Source: an uncultured Nitrososphaerales archaeon (GTDB taxonomy: Archaea; Thermoproteota; Nitrososphaeria; Nitrososphaerales; Nitrososphaeraceae). From it: a stretch of DNA of 24,447 bases. The stretch lies in NCBI GenBank assembly GCA_963709405.1, contig CAVPXM010000071.1, forward strand, positions 1 through 24,447. The letters run 5' to 3'. The notes beneath the pieces are model-generated. The model was given only the letters and a program-made list of their open reading frames with translations, was not told the origin of the DNA and searched no databases. Made by a program: the position numbers and the translations under genes. This document shows positions 19,669 through 24,447 of the stretch, piece by piece. The first letter of the stretch is position 1, and every line of letters begins with the position of its first letter.

Positions 19669-20109
19669 TTATTTCCACTGCCATTCTTTATTTGAAATGT
19701 TTCCAAACTCATCTGTTTCTGATTCAAAAACAGTCATAACGTTATTGAGAAAAGCAAGATTTCCTCGTGATGAGGCCGTCCTGTAAAATGCTGAACCATG
19801 TAATAATTTCTTGTTGCCTTCCTTTGCAACATTTTCAATTCCTTGGCTTGTCCATGTTGCCATTTCTCTTCCATCTTTGGTAGTTATTATCCCTTGTCCT
19901 TGGCTATAGAATATTTCGCTACTTCCTCTAGGAGAACTTATAAGTGTTCCATTATCTATGATACGTACATTGCCATTCATAATTCCATTCAGGGAGATAA
20001 TATATTCTATCTGAACTTCTGGTTCCACAGACAATACCCTCTGACTGATAACCTTGCCCTTTTCTTCAAAAAATGGATTTCCTAATGAAATAATATCTCT
20101 ATCAGTCAT
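19669..20109 (-). CDS. Hypothetical protein (beta-rich, Nitrososphaeraceae-type)
   Basis: Intact 146-aa ORF with GQGIITTKDG.EMATW, GSAFYRT...GNLAFLNN and a C-terminal WQWK. Confidence 0.7.
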   Translation of the reverse strand: MTDRDIISLGNPFFEEKGKVISQRVLSVEPEVQIEYIISLNGIMNGNVRIIDNGTLISSPRGSSEIFYSQGQGIITTKDGREMATWTSQGIENVAKEGNKKLLHGSAFYRTASSRGNLAFLNNVMTVFESETDEFGNISNKEWQWK

Positions 20110-20749
20110 ATACTATTCGCTCTATATTATGCATCTTTCTTTAATATTTGAGTGCTTTGATGATGATGACCACATATATTTATTTGCACATTGATAATAA
20201 TAAGTTCTTGTTCATTTAACCATCCTCTGAAGAATCTTCTCATTGTGCATATCTACAAACACATCCAGCCAATGCATTACATGTTCTAGTCTACAATTAT
20301 TTTTCCTACTAGGAAAAAATAGTCATCAAAACTTTCAGTTCTATCTTTAACATATCGGATTATTCTTTGTATTTGATGCTTTTTTCAAAAGGAGTATCGA
20401 TGCCATCAAAGAATCTGCGCAATTTTCTAAAGTAAGACTCTTTTGTGTAAGGCGATCTGATGGAATATATAAACATGGTATAGGGATCCATGTCCTCTTC
20501 GTTTCGACCTTGATCGGGCTCTATCAACTTTTGATTTCACTCTTATTTTGTTGGTGAGTCCACGTCGGGGAACTATTATCAGTGCGGGTTCGGTGGAAGC
20601 AAGACAGATTTGACTCAATTTTTCCACCCACCGTGTTAGAGATTTGAATCTATAAACAAATAGCATTTCTACCAAAGTGATTCTTTTTGGAGGCTTTATC
20701 AAGCACTCTTTCTTTCGAATATAGCTATTCCCTTTCCTTTTGCTTGATT

Positions 20750-22736
20750 CTACAAGGATAATGATGATAACCTATTTGCCAAGAACTCTGCTGAATTCTT
20801 TAAAGCCTTTACAAGATTACTATATTTAGTAAAACCATGACCTTCATCATCAAAAACCATGTATTCAACACCGATACCTTTGTTTCTTAACCTTTCGACT
20901 ATCTGATCTGATTCATTTTTTACTACTTTTGGATCATTTGCTCCTTGTATTATAAGCAAATTTATTGTTGACTTTATATTGTCGACATAAGTGATAGGAG
21001 ATCTTTCTTTGAGGAAATCTTGTTCCTTTTCAGGATCTCCTACCCATTCTGCCATCAATCGTTTCCAGTGTTCTGGTACTGCTTTAGCAAATGTCACAAG
21101 ATTACTTGGACCTACTATATCTACCGCTGTCTTCCAGTTATAATGCGGCAGTCTGGTTATACAGCTTAGAGTTGCAAAGCCTCCAAAGCTTGCACCAAAT
21201 ACTCCTATTCTACTAGTATCAATCCATTCCTGTGATACCAACCATTTTGCTGCATATTCTAGGTCTTTGAGCTCTCCTCCTCCCCAATCATGATATATTT
21301 TCCTCTCAAAGTTCTTTCCATAACCTGTGCTACCACGAAAATTGGGAGATAATACTGCTATTCCTTTGTTTGCAAGATATTGGTAAAATCCAGCATAAGC
21401 GTAAGTTGGTCTTTCTTGAGAAGTAGGACCACCATGAATTGAAAGAATGGCTCCAAATTTAGTAATACTATTACTTCCACTACTACCACTGCTATTACCA
21501 TGTCTTGGTTTGTATAAAAATGCCTGTATCTCCATTCCATCAAAACTTTTGTATTTGATTAACTCCGGCTGTATCATTATTTGTTCAGGTATGTTACCTA
21601 GCAGAGATTCAGTTAGCCTGTCAGCTTTTTTAGTTTCGATATCTATTAGGTATATGTTTGATGGAGATGTTGGTGTAGTCATCCTAACACCAATTGTTTT
21701 GCCATCAGAAGATATCTTTAGGTCTGCTACAACACCACCACCTTCTTTTGATATATTCTCTGATGTTATCTTTTGTATCTCTCCATTCTGTGTGTTCTTA
21801 ATATAGATATTGCTATACCCATCTACGTTTTCGGTCCAAACAAGTGTGTTTCCATCCTTGCTGACATCTATTGATTCTATATCATGTTCTGGTGTTAAAA
21901 TCCATTCAAGTCTTTGATTTGTTAATATCATATAATGCTAGGCCAGCATATTCTCTTCTCAGATCTGATATTATATAGAAGCCTTGTCCACTAGGTAACC
22001 AGGGACCTGCTATATTCCTGCTTTTAGTCTCTTCTTCAGATAGTAGTGGTGTTACTTGTAGCATTTCATTTCTATCTATATCAAGTAGCCAAATATCATA
22101 TTCTGTTTGTGTAATGATCTGAAAGCAATTTAGCTTCTTATTGTCTGGAGACCAATAACCAGGGACATACCAACCAGGTTTATTTGTAATACATAAAGCG
22201 TGCTCGTTATTGTAATCGTTGTTATTGTTTTTATTTATATTATGTACATATACAAGCATATCAGATGGGTTGCTCTCATTTGACCTGTATGTTATGTACT
22301 TTCCATCATGGCTAAAACACTCTGCTCCCCATTCATATCTTACTTTTGGATTTTGTGTTATAGCTTGTGGCCAAAACGAATGAAAAGCATCATTTATTCT
22401 GTATATCTGAAAGTTCTCTGTACCCTGATAATCAGCAAAAAAGATAATGCTATCATCTACTGGCGAACAAAATACATGCCTTACTGCAATATCAATAAAA
22501 TTAGTTAACTGATGTGATGCACATGGTTCGCTACCATCATTATATTCTTGACTTAAAGAAGAACGCTGTCTCCATAGATTAAACTGACCATTTGTATCAA
22601 CAATGTATGTTATCCATGAAGATGATGAAGACAATGGTTCTCTTCTCTTAAGAAAATCAAAACCAGTATAGCGTCTTATTGCTGCAAATCTGTCAAAAGT
22701 ATATTGTTTATCTATTTTACTTCCAATATTTGTCAT
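20750..22736 (-). pseudogene. S9 family (acylaminoacyl/prolyl oligo-) peptidase, split by one frameshift
   Basis: N-terminal beta-propeller (WSPD, FSHD). Catalytic domain IHGGP, NFRGSTGYG, GASFGG, QGAND, DEGHGF. The two ORFs overlap at 21906-21931 with one extra base near 21913. Confidence 0.9.
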
Positions 22737-23089
22737 TTTTCTTTCTTGTTACTATGTGCACTTTTATTAGTCTGTTTTGCTATGACAACAAGTGACGTAT
22801 TTGCACACTTTAGTCTGATACATTATCGTGCTCAATCGATGCATTTTCTAAGTGTACGTTTAAGGAATGATTGATCTCTATGCTCAATTGATCTATCTAT
22901 CAATATACACTTTCATTTAGAAAATTGGGACGATCTATCTTATCTGACAAAAAGCCTCGGATGAATGATACAAAAAAAGATATGAAGCCATCACTCACTC
23001 ATTCACTCATATTAGTGGAAGGCGATCCTTGGTTTATTTTCTCTTTGTCTGTCTCATGATCATATGTTTGAGACTAATTATCTCATAGG

Positions 23090-23402
23090 ACGGCTCTTTC
23101 CACGCAAGATGTTATGTTTGAAGCGGTGCCTGTACCTACCCCCTTCAACTACGTCTAAGGTACTTTGGATTATGTTGATCGCTTCCGTTGGATCTTCCCC
23201 TTGTCCAACTATATTTTCCAGAAACGCACACAATTATTCGATTGTAGTTATCCCGGTCCCGGCGAAGCGGCTGGGAAGTAAACTCTCGAAATCCGATTTC
23301 TCAGTAGCGCTAAGGGGATTGAAGCATGCTACGCACGTTTCTCTTGTTGTTGTTGGTGGTTGTGTTGTTGACTGCCGTTGTACTTCAATTGTCGGACTCA
23401 CT
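23090..23402 (-). pseudogene. Remnant of a Cys-containing helical domain of a secreted protein
   Basis: PPTTTRETCVACFNPLS...ITTIE*LCAFLE...NITSCVERAVL*, with an in-frame TAA and a frameshift. Resembles C-terminal domains of Nitrososphaeraceae secreted proteins. Confidence 0.45.
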
Positions 23403-23414
23403 TTCCTTTTCTAC

Positions 23415-23780
23415 TCATCCTCTTCTAGCTATATCATAAGCCGTTCTTAGTTGATAATAGTGATTCACTTTACCATCATTACAAATGTCCTTCTTTTTCA
23501 TCATAAGAAAGTTGGTGAAAGTATTATTACATGATTGTTGTAGTGTAAGTCTCAACTCCTGATCGCAAATATCTGAGCCTACTGGTAGTTGTTTCATGCA
23601 TCGATTCACCAAATTATTATTTGCTGTATTTACCTTATTAAATGACTTCAGTAGCCCTTGATATACATTCCATCCTCCCCATAGAACCAGTCCTAAAAAG
23701 AAAATGCTTATTCCGATACCAAGTATCCCTTTTGATGGCACAGCGCTTTCTTTTTTATTTGTGATCAACAAAATATACAA
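23415..23780 (-). CDS. Membrane-anchored hypothetical protein with four Cys
   Basis: One TM helix (GILGIGISIFFLGLVLWGGW) followed by a Cys-containing soluble domain. Start codon uncertain. Confidence 0.5.
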   Translation of the reverse strand: MYILLITNKKESAVPSKGILGIGISIFFLGLVLWGGWNVYQGLLKSFNKVNTANNNLVNRCMKQLPVGSDICDQELRLTLQQSCNNTFTNFLMMKKKDICNDGKVNHYYQLRTAYDIARRG

Positions 23781-23858
23781 AGGGTGTGTCGATTAACAAG
23801 TAGCTAGGCTTCACAATCTTTATTCAAAACTATCCCCTTTTAGCATACGTCATCATAC

Positions 23859-24120
23859 TTGCAATACCATATTGGCTGCTCTGAATGAAGTTATTCAGCA
23901 TGGCAAGGAAAATTTTACCCTCTCAATGTAGATAATTCCAAGTGGTTAAGTTATTATTCTCAAGTATTTGACTTTCTCGAAATTGATTCTTCTTTCTACA
24001 GGATTCCTAACGAATTTATGGTAAAGAATTGGTGCAAAAAGACTCCTAACCATTTTAGATTTGCCGCGTATTTCTGAGTCTTAACTCATGATAAAAGGCT
24101 GAAAGTTGTTGAAAAAGGAT
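23859..24120 (+). pseudogene. DUF72 (YecE-like) N-terminal fragment
   Basis: HIGCSE*SYSAWQGKFYP...WLSYYSQVFDFLEIDSSFYRIP...W.KKTP.HFRF...THDKRL. Two TGA stops and a 3' truncation. Confidence 0.85.
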
Positions 24121-24309
24121 CTAACTATGAATTTTCACGTTCAGTAAATGCTCTTTTTTCAATATTATCATTGACTCTTAATTAATAAGTAATTACGAAT
24201 ATTGGTTAAAAAAGTTATAGTTCACAATGGCTTGTGTTTAATATTATTAGTAACCTACATCATTCTAATTTCCCCTCGGCTAATGGTCTCATGGGAACCT
24301 GATCTTTTC

Positions 24310-24447
24310 TCATTTTGAGTTTATTGAATCAAGAGAAGATATAATATACTTTAGCGATTCGGGATTCTCGATAGTTGATAGATCTTGATTACCAATATTT
24401 TCTCCCAATGCTTTTGCCTTAATTACCCGTCTAACGAGCTTTCCAGT
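24310..24447 (-). CDS. C-terminus of an AMP-forming acyl-CoA synthetase (acetyl-CoA synthetase-like), partial at window edge
   Basis: TGKLVRRVIKAKALGENIGNQDLSTIENPESL matches the A10 Lys motif (GKxxRR) and the DxSTxENP tail. Confidence 0.75.
   Translation of the reverse strand, partial: TGKLVRRVIKAKALGENIGNQDLSTIENPESLKYIISSLDSINSK

Noticed and set aside
20470-20575. Hammerhead-like core on the minus strand (TTGATAGAG...CGAAAC) and TPP-riboswitch-like words on the plus strand (ACCTTGATC...GGGAA)
   Set aside because: The core deviates from CUGANGA and stems I and III cannot be formed. The TPP CUGAGA and UAAU elements are absent.
21906-21931. Programmed frameshift joining the two S9 peptidase ORFs
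   Set aside because: No slippery heptamer or stimulatory structure seen. A simple indel is more likely given the surrounding lesions.
394-23450. Antisense/shadow ORFs (394-585, 2516-2704, 3926-4255, 5682-5981, 6610-6906, 9841-10251, 11217-11417, 12019-12267, 12968-13213, 13985-14374, 15487-15801, 17197-17388, 18458-18679, 18894-19124, 19843-20085, 21358-21543, 21447-21806, 22308-22508, 23064-23450)
   Set aside because: They overlap better-supported genes on the opposite strand or in another frame and have no recognisable motifs.
1-24447. CRISPR array, integron attC-like cassette array, or a common sequence motif at the chimeric junctions
   Set aside because: No regularly spaced repeats were seen. 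The junctions at ~5027, 7320, ~10722, ~12630 and 16260 share no motif that I could detect by eye.

Overview
AT-rich archaeal DNA, most likely from a soil ammonia-oxidising archaeon of the Nitrososphaeraceae. This assignment is an inference from gene content: a thaumarchaeal-type tyrosine integrase fragment, a PsbP-related fragment, DUF1059, a THEP1 NTPase, an RHH-MEDS regulator and Asn/Ser/Gln low-complexity insertions. The window is an accessory region under heavy decay. More than half of about 30 recognisable genes are broken by frameshifts, nonsense codons, truncations or chimeric junctions (SDR, SAM methyltransferase, OsmC-like, TauE, integrase, DUF5655 nuclease, moaA, thioredoxin, PPOX, DUF7482-like, DUF4242, NTPase, arginase-like, S9 peptidase, DUF72). 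Apparently intact genes include a MOSC/YiiM-like protein, DUF1059, a Rieske ferredoxin, an RHH-MEDS regulator, an alpha/beta hydrolase, a dienelactone-hydrolase-family protein and a CBS protein. Four signals stand out. (1) An 83-bp gap-free duplicated cassette (palindromic operator, TATA box and start of the leader MNKQVSNQR) heads two unrelated genes on either side of the RHH-MEDS regulator. (2) Two GC-richer intergenic segments with G-U-rich stems share a ~31-nt motif and may be an unannotated ncRNA or small element family. (3) An in-frame moaA'-'PsbP chimera lies downstream of the MOSC gene. (4) An inverted second copy of the hydrolase 3' end has a different C-terminus. No rRNA, intact tRNA or CRISPR array was seen. 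All family assignments are by motif recognition by eye, not by database search.
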